Assembly (NCBI GenBank): GCA_032718475.1
Contig: JAUCBJ010008162.1
Coordinates: 1-64,000, forward strand
Direction of reading: 5' to 3'
Length of the DNA stretch: 64,000 nt
From: Nemertoderma westbladi
Lineage: Eukaryota; Animalia; Xenacoelomorpha
In this document: positions 50,710-60,771 of the stretch, in pieces
Layout of the letters: each line of letters opens with the position of its first letter
How positions within the stretch are numbered: the first letter of the stretch is position 1
Made by a program: the position numbers and the translations under genes
The notes under the pieces: model-generated
What the model was told of the DNA's origin: nothing
Databases searched by the model: none
The model's input: only the letters and a program-made list of their open reading frames with translations

Positions 50710-52000
50710 TGTTCGCGGTATTTCAACTTTCCATAACGCGAGTTGAATATTTTTGTATTTTTATTAAAATTGATTATTCCGATATTACTACTGGGTGCGG
50801 GACCATGGGTTTTGGGCACATTCAATAAACTGGGGGCGATTTATGGGCGAACTTTGGGGCAACTTACAGGGTACGGGAATAATTTCATAGTTATAAGGGC
50901 CAGGGGGGATGGAAAATGCAAGCAGTATTCAGGTTAGCCTGAGTACTATTAGGCCCTGGCCAACTTCCTGCTGCCTGTAGGGGTGGATTTGGTAATGTGC
51001 CAGGCCTAAAGGACAAGGACTGCCCTTAGCGGTCCCTGGCCAACGGCAGCTACTACGAGCCTGAAAAGGACTCGGAACGCTGACTGCTTGTGTCAGGGAT
51101 TTGCGACGGGCACCGACGGCCCCTTAGTAGCCAAGCCGTTCTGGTTCTCGATGATCGAACCCCGGGGTTCGTGAGGGGTGGAGCGGACACGCGAACAGGT
51201 GGCCAACTTAAGACTGCCCCCTGACCTAAGCCGTACTGGTTCTCGATGACCGATCCCTTCGGGGTTCGTGAGGGGTGGGACGGACATGCGAAAGGGCTGG
51301 CCACAGGACTGGTTTGACAAGGACTGCCCTTAGCGGTCTCGGGTCAACTGCAGCTACTACGAGCCTGAAAAGGACTCGGAACGCTGACTGCTTGACTGTG
51401 ATTCGCGACGGGAGCCGACGACAGACCCCTTAGCCAAGCCGTTCTGGTTCTCGATGATCGTTCCCTTCGGGGTTCGTGAGGGGTGGAACGGACACGCGAT
51501 GGGGTCGAAAGACAAAGGACTAGACTCGACTAGACTCTACTGGCCTACCGACTGTTCGGAGCAGTTTCTCGGCTGCCGAAGCGACTACGAGCCTGAAAAG
51601 GACTCGGAAAGCCTAGGTGGTTGGGTTTCTGTGATGAACTGACGGACCCCTAGCCAAGCCGTTCTGGTTCTCGATGATCGAACCCTTCGGGGTTCGTGAG
51701 GGGTGGAACGGACACGCGAACGGGTCCACCGACACGACAGACTCCTAGCCAAGCCGTACTGGTTCTCGATGACCGAACCCTTCGGGGTTCGAGAGGGGTG
51801 GTACGGATACGCGACAGAGTCTACCGACTGGACCGACCCTTAGCCAAGCCGTGCTGGTTCTCGATGATCGTTCCCTTCCGGGTTCGTGAGGGGTGGAACG
51901 GACACGCGACAGGGTCGACCGACACCGACACTACGGCACTAAGACTGGGACTGAGGGAAAATCTGGGGAACATTAGGTAGGCTAAAATTCTGAGCGAACA
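50710..52000 (+). repeat. 5' LTR of element E (right end uncertain, about 52000-52240)
   Basis: Starts TGTTCGC; the exact inverse GCGAACA ends at 52000, but no clear PBS follows. Contains internal repeat arrays. Confidence 0.75.
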
Positions 52001-52580
52001 GCGGGTTATTAAATAATATACCGTAGGGATTTATATTATCGTGTATACTTATTGTGAATATTTGGTGTATATTGATTTGGGGAAGCCCAAAATTATTCTT
52101 AATCAGGTTTGAACAGGTTTGAACAGGTTTCAACAGGTTTTCAACTATAGGAAGTTACATTAAAGAGTATATCCAACTAATGCAGCTTTTCTCAACCGCA
52201 AACTTGCATCTTAGAAATATTCCCTCCCCACAATCAATATCCGGTGACTGGCCGGGGCTCGGTGGTCTGTTAAGTCACGTCTCCAGCATCGGCGTTTTTC
52301 CCCCTGGTGTAGGAATAACGGCAACAAAATTAAGAATAATTCACGTGGTTAATTTTGACAGGGTGTCAAAATTAAGAATAATTATCGCGGTCAACTTCAA
52401 CTGGTGGAAGTTGAGAATCCTTCAATACTCTTCAAAAACTCTCTACGTGCTTGCCAGCACCCACTACGAGGAAACTCTGGTATTTGAGTTGAGACAAAGT
52501 CGTGGTTTAATTAATCAGCAAACTCGATCTAACCAACTCGTAGTCGGCAGATCACAATTCGGGAGAGTTGTTAACAGGGA

Positions 52581-52772
52581 ATGGAAGTATCGATCACACC
52601 CATTGATATAATTCAAGTTGAGCCAGGAATCTGGCACGTCGAAGTTGAGGTACAAGGAACGAACGTTGGACGATTCAGGATTACTGTTCGGGTGGTCCAA
52701 GCTGAGTACAATACCTACGAGGAACTGTTTTACGACATCGCGTATCTCGCCATCGACGAGGCGTTACAATGA
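52581..52772 (+). CDS. 63-aa upstream ORF overlapping the gag start (ATGA)
   Basis: Its TGA stop overlaps the gag ATG at 52769-52772; protein-like composition. Confidence 0.35.
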   Translation: MEVSITPIDIIQVEPGIWHVEVEVQGTNVGRFRITVRVVQAEYNTYEELFYDIAYLAIDEALQ

Positions 52773-55700
52773 CCACAAATAACATATCCGATACCGACGA
52801 GATGGATCACCACACAGACTCGGAAGCCGACGAGGTCCCAAACGTCAAGAACATGACCCGTCGGTTAGGGGCTCTTAAAGGCGGAGTAACCCGAGCGTAT
52901 CAACGGATGGAGAAACAACTCAAGGGAGTCAAAACCCCCCTCAACGAGGTACAAACTCAGCTTCAAAGTATCCGAAATATCCTACAGCGGTACGAAAGAA
53001 TGATACAGGCGTACCAAGAGCTCGTTCCTCCCACCGATCAGGAAAACTACCCCAAGCTGGAAGAACACGTTGTACATCTAGATGGGTTCCGCAAACAACA
53101 CCGAAGGACCCTCAGCCTGGTGAGAGGCTATGAGGAACAGTATTACAAGAGGGCTGAAAGAACAGACGCGGAATCAGTACGATCCTCCAGCATCAGGACA
53201 GGAGTACATCACAAGAGAATGGGGTCCACCAGAAATCAGCACTCCAGCGCTAGGAGCGAGATATCCGGCTCAGCGCGCAGTTCTCAAGGGGCGCCGCCAC
53301 TCCGAGACCAACTGAGAGAACGGAAGGCATTAGCCCTCAAAGCTCGGATGGAAGATGAGTATATTCAACTGCAAGCCGAGCAAGATGTACTAGCCGCCGA
53401 AACACAAAGGCGAGAAGCCGAACAAGCGGCCGAACGACAGGCGGAACAACGCGAACAGGAGGCCGAACAACATAGACGAGAGGCCGAACGACAGGCGGAA
53501 CAACGCAAACAGGAGGCCGAACAACGCGAACAGGAGGCCGAACAACATAGACGAGAGGCCGAACGGCAGGCCGAACAACGCAAACGGCAGGCCGAACAAC
53601 ATAGAAGAGAGGACGAACGACAGGCCGAACAACGCAAACAGGAGGCCGAACAACGCGGACGAGAGGCAGAACGAGAGATCGAACAACGTAAATGGGAAGC
53701 GGAAATGCGTAAACAACACGCCGAGGCCCAAGCAATTCTCATCCACAAAAAGAATGCGGATATTGCAAAACTCGCAGAATACGAAGCCGCACTTATCGAA
53801 CGAGATATTCAACTCTACGAGGACTGGGAAAGGGATATAGATCAGGAATATGAACCAATTCCGGTACCGGAGTTAGAAAAGTCATTTACACCAACAGCGG
53901 CGAAACCTCCGAAACCCGAGATCCCGCCTACCAAACAGTCTACGCTATCGGCACAAGCCCCGGTGTTCCATCCCCCACCAGCTACGCTAAAGAATGAGGA
54001 ACCTTATTTCCCATCCAACACCACGACAGCGAGTGTACCCAAGTACGAGCCTGAAAAGGACTCGGAACGGGACGCCACTCCCCGATCAAATAACCCGTTT
54101 ACATCGACACCACAAACTCGTAGCCGCGTCATTATTAAAACTCCACCTATTATTGATCCATCAAGTATGGGAGTGAGTGCCAATAACTATAACCCTCCGA
54201 GTCACTCCAGTTCAGATGACGTCAGCATCATCCGGGCGTTGGAGAACCGCCTTGCCATGCCTAAGATGGAGATTCGCACCTTCGAAGGAGATCCCGTCGA
54301 TTACCTCAGATTCAAGAAACGGTTCTTCGCGCAGATTGGATCAACGGACATAGCCGACGCACAGAAATTGGTATATTTATCGCAATACCTGGGTGACAAA
54401 CCACGCAGAATTGTTGCATGTTTTGAAGGAGGTTCTCATGAGGCATACTATGATGCATGGAAAACTCTGGATAAAAGATACGGAAATACCGGAACTATAA
54501 TTAATAAAACTCTAGAGAGACTGATACAGGACGCGGGATCACTAGGAGACCCACAGAACATACAGGAATTCTCCGACTCTATGAAGGATGCCTACTATAC
54601 TCTGAAACCCTTGAATAAGGAGGACCAGGTGAACAACATTCTAAACCTCCGACAGATCGCCCGGAAGTTCCCCGGATGGCTACAAAGTAAGTGGGCTTAT
54701 AAATGTGTAGACCTCCGGCGCAGACATCCAGATCGAGATCCTAGCTTCCTTGAGATGTCGGCATTCCTGGACGATATCTCCGAAGCCATGAATGACTCGA
54801 TGTTTTCCAAACAAAGTCTCGCAAAGTTGGACGGAATAGAGAGCAACTCCAGGAGTAAGATAACCCCTCCGAAACCAAGATTCCGACCCCCACCGGTGAG
54901 TACGATGGCCATCACCATGGCTGAGGATTCCGACGACGAAGACTACGAGGAACCGACATCCGCCGAGGAATGGGCATGTTATCTCGCGAATTGGGCACCC
55001 GAAAGGGAAGGCATCACAAATTCCCTGCTCTGTCTCTTCTGTGGGGAGAAACATAAAGTGGAATTCTGCAGAAAGTTTCAGTTCGCCGACCTCGTCCCAC
55101 GCTTCGAGGCGATAATGAAACACCGAGGATGCTTCCGGTGTCTTGGAACAGGTCACTACGTTCGGGATTGCGACCAAAGGTCGTGCTGTGCTGTCTGTAA
55201 CGACCAACGCCATCACACGCTCCTCCACATCCCCGCGAACTTCGATTTTACTACCCTCCCCTTTCGGATCGAAGCCAAGCGAAGAGGAGAAACAAACCAC
55301 GTCTTCAAAGGAACCCGGACAACCCAACGGAGAGAAACCAACCCGTTTAAAATCTCCACCAATACACCACAAGTAACAAATATTTCGGCCACGATTAATC
55401 TTATAAATCGCCGCTACATGGTTTTCGCAAAGGTAATCCCAGTAAGGATCCAAGGAGTCGGCAAATCTTTGACGACACTCGCGTTCCTCGATAACGGGTC
55501 CGACGGAACCATCATCGACCGGGATTTTCTCGAGCAACTCGGACTAGAATATGAACCTTGTAAACGGCCCATACAAACCATCACCGATAACAGAGAGGTA
55601 GAGTCCGGGGAGGTGCAACTCCAGATGGAAGGAGTGATGAAGGGCTACGAAACGGCTAAGTTAACCATAAAGAACGCCTTGGTACACACAGACCTCCGGG

Positions 55701-58700
55701 TGCGGTTCCGACAATCAGCCGAGTATGCCCCCCTCATACAATTGGACCGGGACGATGTAGACCTGAGGTGCCCGCAGTTGGACGTAAACCGTATCACCCT
55801 ACTGATCGGACTCGATACACCGGAACTACACATCCCAACCGGAGATATCGCCCGATCTATAAACCAGGATGACGGATTTTATGCTGAACGAACAATAATG
55901 GGATGGACACTCTGCGGCATTAAGGAGGAAACTACGGACACCTATACCTACCTTCCCAAATGTCAGATTAAAGAGAATGTAATCTCCGTGGGTTATTGCT
56001 CAGCTTCGGATCTTGACGAGGATTTGTTTCTGGAATCCGAGAAAACTCAACGAGAGATGACGAAATATTTTAATTTGGAGACCCAGGAGTTCGCGGAAAA
56101 GGACGAAAACCCATCCGAAGAGGACCAATATTGCATGGACGTTCTCGACCAGGCCACGTTTAAAGACGGACATTGGTGTTCACCTATGTTATGGAAGGAT
56201 CCAAACAAACCAATGGCAAACAACGCCAGCATGGCACTTAAACGACTTAAAGGGATTCTACGCCGGCTGAATGACCAACCTGAAATAAAGGAGAAATATA
56301 ATACCGTAATCCAAGGATATCTCGATGATGGATTAGCAGAAATGGTACCACGGAATGAACTGCAAGGTGGTAAAAGAACATATTATCTCCCAACCCACTA
56401 TGTAGTAGAAGCCCGCAAAGGGGGGAAAATCCGAGTGGTAAATGATGCTGCCGCTATGTACCAGGGCGAATCCCTAAACAGTCAACTTTACACGGGACCC
56501 AACATATATAGCACACTCATCGGCGTATTGATCAGGTTCAGGGAAAACCGGGTAGCATTTACCTGTGACATCAAGGCCATGTTTCATCAAGTTCGTACGT
56601 TACCAAAAGACTCGGACTGTCTACGTATCCTATGGACGGATAAAACGCTTACTCAACAGGAGATTAGCCAACTCACGATACGGGACGTAGACGTAATGCG
56701 TATGGTCGTCAGGATCTTCGGCGCTAAGGACTCGCCGGTAGCATGCAGTGACATGCTAAAGAGGACGGCAACTATGTGCGAAAACGAGTTCCCTCCAACC
56801 GTCATAGAAACCATTCGACGATGTTTCTACGTGGACGACGGATGCGCCGGCGCGGATAACGTGGATGAGGCATATCGGCTAGCAATGGGGATGGTGGAAT
56901 GTCTAAAGAAAGGAGGGTTTCCGCTCGTAAAGTTCAGATCCCATGACAAAACACTTATGGAAAAGTTTCCGGAGGACATCCGGCTGGAAGATAACAAAAT
57001 GTATTCGGAGGATGTAGAACATCGTGTACTTGGGATTGAATGGGACATAGAATCAGACGAATTCATCTTCAAGTATAAACCCCTAACCAAGCCTATGACA
57101 AAAAGGGGATGTCTGTCGATAAAAAGTGCAATCTTCGACCCACTGAATTTCATATCTCCAGTAACCTTGGCCGGAATGAACCTGATTAAGGAAATGTGGA
57201 TAGAAGGACTGGGATGGGACGAAGAGCTCCCCCCATACCTTAGCGTCAAATGGAGAAAATGGACGGAGCAGCTCGAACACCTACATCTTATGCGAATACC
57301 TAGACCGTTCTTCCTCGATAAACTGCCCACCGATATCTTCCAGCTCCACACCTTTTCGGATGCTTCAAATACCGGAATCGGCGTAGTAACCTTCTTACGG
57401 AGACTAAGTAGCGATGGAAACGGCGATACAAGTTTCTTATTCTCCAAAGCAAAGACAGTATCCGGGGAATTCGTAGCAACGATTCCGAGACTCGAGCTAC
57501 AAGCTGCAGTTTGGGCAGTAAGACAGAATCGCATGGCCATGCGGAACCTACGGATCCCCATAGAATCTCAACACTTCTGGGTAGATTCGAGTATAGTTCT
57601 TTATTATCTCCACTCTCCATCACGGCGTCACACCACGTTTGTTGCAAACCGAGCCACGGAGATTAAACAATGTACCGGCCGAGAACAGTGGCATCACGTG
57701 AACGGGAAGGAAAATCCAGCGGACTTATCAAGCCGAGGCGCCACCCCAAAACAACTCGGTAAGAGTAAACTCTGGCTTACAGGCCCGGAATTCCTACGGC
57801 AGCCACAATTAACATGGAGTACCCGATTCGACCCCGAGCTCGATAGCGGAAAATACTCCGAGGACGACAAAGAAATCCGTAAAATCCATCGAAGCAACGC
57901 GGTGGAAATTTATAGTTGTCTGACTGAGCCTGCAAAGGACTCGGGCAGGCACTATAACGTCGCGACGATCACTCAACTAGCGACGTCTTTACATCGGTTG
58001 ATCGAGCGAACTTCATCCATGAGACGGCTCGTCCACCACGTTATAACCCTTCGCAACTTCCTACGGTGGAAAAACAACAAACCGATAGTTCAACGGAATA
58101 TACAAGAACTCATCATTGCGGAGAAGTGTATTGTTAGATATGTCCAGAAAGAAAGTTTCCCCGATGAATGGGAACAACTTAGTGCGGGCAAAACGTTGAA
58201 ACCGGACAGCCCAGTCTACCAACTGAGACCAATGATGGGAGAGGACGGACTGATCCGACTGAATACCCGGATGGCAAACGCCCCGGTCGACTATGAGATT
58301 AAATACCCGGCGCTTCTGCCCGGAACGTCGACACTAGCTAAGCTATTAATTCTACAATGTCACGAGGACAACCACCACGCAGGACAGAATTGGATTATAG
58401 CCAATATAAGACAAAGATATTGGATCACCCACATCCAGCCACTGATCCGGAAAGTGTTGAAACGTTGCTTCACCTGCAGACGTTACCTAGCGCCACCAAT
58501 CACCCAAAAGATGGCCGACTTACCAGCCACCCATCTACAAGCGGACTCCCCACCATTCTACGTCACCGGAGTGGACTGTTTCGGACCGTTCACGGTTATT
58601 GAACGACGATCCAACATCAAATGCTGGGGAGCCATCTTCACCTGCCTAAGATCTAGGGCAATTTACCTAGATATCGTGGTAAATCTGACACAACACGCAT

Positions 58701-59530
58701 TCATCAACGCTCTGCGTCGGTTCGTGGCGAACAACGGGACATGTCGCCACATGTATTCCGATAATGGTACAAACTTTGTGGGAGGAGAAAGAGAACTTAG
58801 AGAGGCGATCGAGGGATGGTTTACCGATAACACCGCATCCCAAGTCTGGAAGGAACACCAGATACAGTGGCACTTCCAGACCCCCCTAGCACCCCATACA
58901 AGCGGGGTATGGGAGAAACTGATCGACCTAGTGAAACGGTCCATGCGCGTCGCTCTAGGCGATACCCGGGTAACCCATGACACCCTCCGCACAACATTCT
59001 GCGAGATCACGGCTACCCTGAACAACCGACCCATTGTTCCTATCCGCGACGACCCCACAGACCTGGAACCCCTCACTCCTAACCACTTACTGGGGAGACC
59101 CAAAACCCACCTCCTCCCGGAAACCATGTTCCCGGATCCCAACGAGATCGCAAAACATACAAACTGGAAAAAGGCCCAAGCGTTGGCAGCGCATTGGTGG
59201 AGGATTTGGGCCCAGGAATATCTCATAACCCTCCGGACCAGGAGGAAATGGAACAACACCCACCGGAACGTCGCAGTTGGCGACATGGTACTAGTTAGAG
59301 AAGATCTCAAAGACCGCGTTCACTGGCCTGTGGCGCGGGTCGTGACCATACACCCAAGCAAAGACGGACTTGCGAGGACTGTGACGATACGAACGAAAGC
59401 GGGCCACTACCAACGCCCCATCCAGAAGCTGTGCCTTCTTGAAGGCAATGACAGTGGTGATTCTACAAGAGGTGATAAGTTCCCTACGGATCCTACTGTG
59501 GACATTGGTGACAATGACAAATGCGTTTAA
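52769..59530 (+). CDS. gag-pol: Bel-Pao Gag-Pol polyprotein, 2253 aa, single ORF
   Basis: Coiled coil, DUF1759-like core (FEGDPVDYLRF), three knuckles (CLFCGEKHKVEFC, CFRCLGTGHYVRDC, CAVCNDQRHHTLLH), protease LDNGS, RT YVDD, Pao-type RNase H (FSDAS, IPRLEL, WVDS, NPADLSSRG), integrase (HHAG...CFTC, GVDCFGP, SDNGTNF, GVWE) and a DUF5641-like tail. Confidence 0.97.
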   Translation: MTTNNISDTDEMDHHTDSEADEVPNVKNMTRRLGALKGGVTRAYQRMEKQLKGVKTPLNEVQTQLQSIRNILQRYERMIQAYQELVPPTDQENYPKLEEHVVHLDGFRKQHRRTLSLVRGYEEQYYKRAERTDAESVRSSSIRTGVHHKRMGSTRNQHSSARSEISGSARSSQGAPPLRDQLRERKALALKARMEDEYIQLQAEQDVLAAETQRREAEQAAERQAEQREQEAEQHRREAERQAEQRKQEAEQREQEAEQHRREAERQAEQRKRQAEQHRREDERQAEQRKQEAEQRGREAEREIEQRKWEAEMRKQHAEAQAILIHKKNADIAKLAEYEAALIERDIQLYEDWERDIDQEYEPIPVPELEKSFTPTAAKPPKPEIPPTKQSTLSAQAPVFHPPPATLKNEEPYFPSNTTTASVPKYEPEKDSERDATPRSNNPFTSTPQTRSRVIIKTPPIIDPSSMGVSANNYNPPSHSSSDDVSIIRALENRLAMPKMEIRTFEGDPVDYLRFKKRFFAQIGSTDIADAQKLVYLSQYLGDKPRRIVACFEGGSHEAYYDAWKTLDKRYGNTGTIINKTLERLIQDAGSLGDPQNIQEFSDSMKDAYYTLKPLNKEDQVNNILNLRQIARKFPGWLQSKWAYKCVDLRRRHPDRDPSFLEMSAFLDDISEAMNDSMFSKQSLAKLDGIESNSRSKITPPKPRFRPPPVSTMAITMAEDSDDEDYEEPTSAEEWACYLANWAPEREGITNSLLCLFCGEKHKVEFCRKFQFADLVPRFEAIMKHRGCFRCLGTGHYVRDCDQRSCCAVCNDQRHHTLLHIPANFDFTTLPFRIEAKRRGETNHVFKGTRTTQRRETNPFKISTNTPQVTNISATINLINRRYMVFAKVIPVRIQGVGKSLTTLAFLDNGSDGTIIDRDFLEQLGLEYEPCKRPIQTITDNREVESGEVQLQMEGVMKGYETAKLTIKNALVHTDLRVRFRQSAEYAPLIQLDRDDVDLRCPQLDVNRITLLIGLDTPELHIPTGDIARSINQDDGFYAERTIMGWTLCGIKEETTDTYTYLPKCQIKENVISVGYCSASDLDEDLFLESEKTQREMTKYFNLETQEFAEKDENPSEEDQYCMDVLDQATFKDGHWCSPMLWKDPNKPMANNASMALKRLKGILRRLNDQPEIKEKYNTVIQGYLDDGLAEMVPRNELQGGKRTYYLPTHYVVEARKGGKIRVVNDAAAMYQGESLNSQLYTGPNIYSTLIGVLIRFRENRVAFTCDIKAMFHQVRTLPKDSDCLRILWTDKTLTQQEISQLTIRDVDVMRMVVRIFGAKDSPVACSDMLKRTATMCENEFPPTVIETIRRCFYVDDGCAGADNVDEAYRLAMGMVECLKKGGFPLVKFRSHDKTLMEKFPEDIRLEDNKMYSEDVEHRVLGIEWDIESDEFIFKYKPLTKPMTKRGCLSIKSAIFDPLNFISPVTLAGMNLIKEMWIEGLGWDEELPPYLSVKWRKWTEQLEHLHLMRIPRPFFLDKLPTDIFQLHTFSDASNTGIGVVTFLRRLSSDGNGDTSFLFSKAKTVSGEFVATIPRLELQAAVWAVRQNRMAMRNLRIPIESQHFWVDSSIVLYYLHSPSRRHTTFVANRATEIKQCTGREQWHHVNGKENPADLSSRGATPKQLGKSKLWLTGPEFLRQPQLTWSTRFDPELDSGKYSEDDKEIRKIHRSNAVEIYSCLTEPAKDSGRHYNVATITQLATSLHRLIERTSSMRRLVHHVITLRNFLRWKNNKPIVQRNIQELIIAEKCIVRYVQKESFPDEWEQLSAGKTLKPDSPVYQLRPMMGEDGLIRLNTRMANAPVDYEIKYPALLPGTSTLAKLLILQCHEDNHHAGQNWIIANIRQRYWITHIQPLIRKVLKRCFTCRRYLAPPITQKMADLPATHLQADSPPFYVTGVDCFGPFTVIERRSNIKCWGAIFTCLRSRAIYLDIVVNLTQHAFINALRRFVANNGTCRHMYSDNGTNFVGGERELREAIEGWFTDNTASQVWKEHQIQWHFQTPLAPHTSGVWEKLIDLVKRSMRVALGDTRVTHDTLRTTFCEITATLNNRPIVPIRDDPTDLEPLTPNHLLGRPKTHLLPETMFPDPNEIAKHTNWKKAQALAAHWWRIWAQEYLITLRTRRKWNNTHRNVAVGDMVLVREDLKDRVHWPVARVVTIHPSKDGLARTVTIRTKAGHYQRPIQKLCLLEGNDSGDSTRGDKFPTDPTVDIGDNDKCV

Positions 59531-59799
59531 ACCCTTCTCATCATGTTGACAAACTCTTTTTAACTGTGATTTATCGACAACGAGTTATGGACCCCCCTTA
59601 AACCAACTGTAACCACGCAATGGTATTTGTGTTTCCTCGTGTGTTATGTGGAGTCCAGCATCACCCTGCAGATGTTTCGACTGACGCAGGGTCGTTTATG
59701 CATTGTTTACCCTGATTTTGGTCATCAGGACCTACGATATTGGATTATTGGAAATGGAAAAGATTTGAAGTGGAATTCATTGTATTCATTGCAGTATGT

Positions 59800-60230
59800 T
59801 ATGTTGTCCGTTGCGTGCGCAGTTCGGGGCGTAGGCGGTGTAACGAGTCCAGCTGTAGATCCCGGATTGCCGCGCAACACCCCCTCTATCCCGTTATTCT
59901 GGTGGGTCCATGGTGCATCCACGTGACTTCGACGATAGAGGGTTTTATGTTTCTCAGTCGCGTTATTCTGGTGGGACCGTTGCGTGGATTTTGGGGCGTA
60001 GGCGGTGTAACGAGTCCAGCTGTAGATCCCAGAATGTTGCGTAACCCCATCCCACATGACTTCGTCGACTGAGCTTTATGTTGTTGGGAGTGTTATTCTG
60101 GTGGGTCCCTGGTGCACCCACGTGACTTCACTCCTAGCGTCTTCATTGTCCGTTACGTGCGCAGTTTGGGGCGTAGGCGGTGTAACGAGTCCAGCTGTAG
60201 ATCCCAGATTGCCGCGTAACACCCCTTCCA
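59800..60230 (+). repeat. Three ~170-bp repeats in the pol-ORF2 spacer
   Basis: Identical core GGGGCGTAGGCGGTGTAACGAGTCCAGCTGTAGATCCC at 59826, 59993 and 60168. Confidence 0.9.
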
Positions 60231-60771
60231 CGACAAAGATTAACCAAAGAAAATGATTCAATATAGTTGGAAATGATGAAAAGGATCAGACAACTCTGCT
60301 ATAAACCCGAATGATGACGCGTATACTGATGAAAATGTAATGATGCGCACCCTGGTGCTGCGCTTATAACAATGATGATAGCCGGGGGGCTATAAACCCA
60401 ATGATGATGTGGAAATAAATAAATGTGAAATAAATGGTGGAACTAAATGTTGAAATATATGTGGAAATAAATGAGATGAGATGAAATAATAATGAAATGA
60501 AAAAAGACAAAAAAAAGGTATAAAAGAGGTCAAAGAAAAGAATTGGAAAAAAAGGACAAAAAAGTCATAAAAAACTGGTTGGATATTATGTATAGCTATA
60601 GTAACTGTAAATGCTGAATGTATTAGCAATAAGATGATAGATGCCTATATAGCAATGTTATTGAATAAACTGAATTAAATAAAAAACTGAATTATTCTGC
60701 TATCGCTATAGTTTCAGACTTTCTGGACTTATAATTAACTGAACTAATTTGTAACGGATATAATCGTAAAT

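Noticed and set aside
51131-51905. CRISPR array or SECIS elements in the LTR repeats
   Set aside because: Linkers are mutually related and variable in length. The AUGA/GA core lacks the longer helix and apical AAR loop of a SECIS.
53337-59310. Numerous antisense or overlapping ORFs on gag-pol (also at 423-2021 and 8255-13877)
   Set aside because: Shadow ORFs of repetitive or GC-balanced coding sequence.
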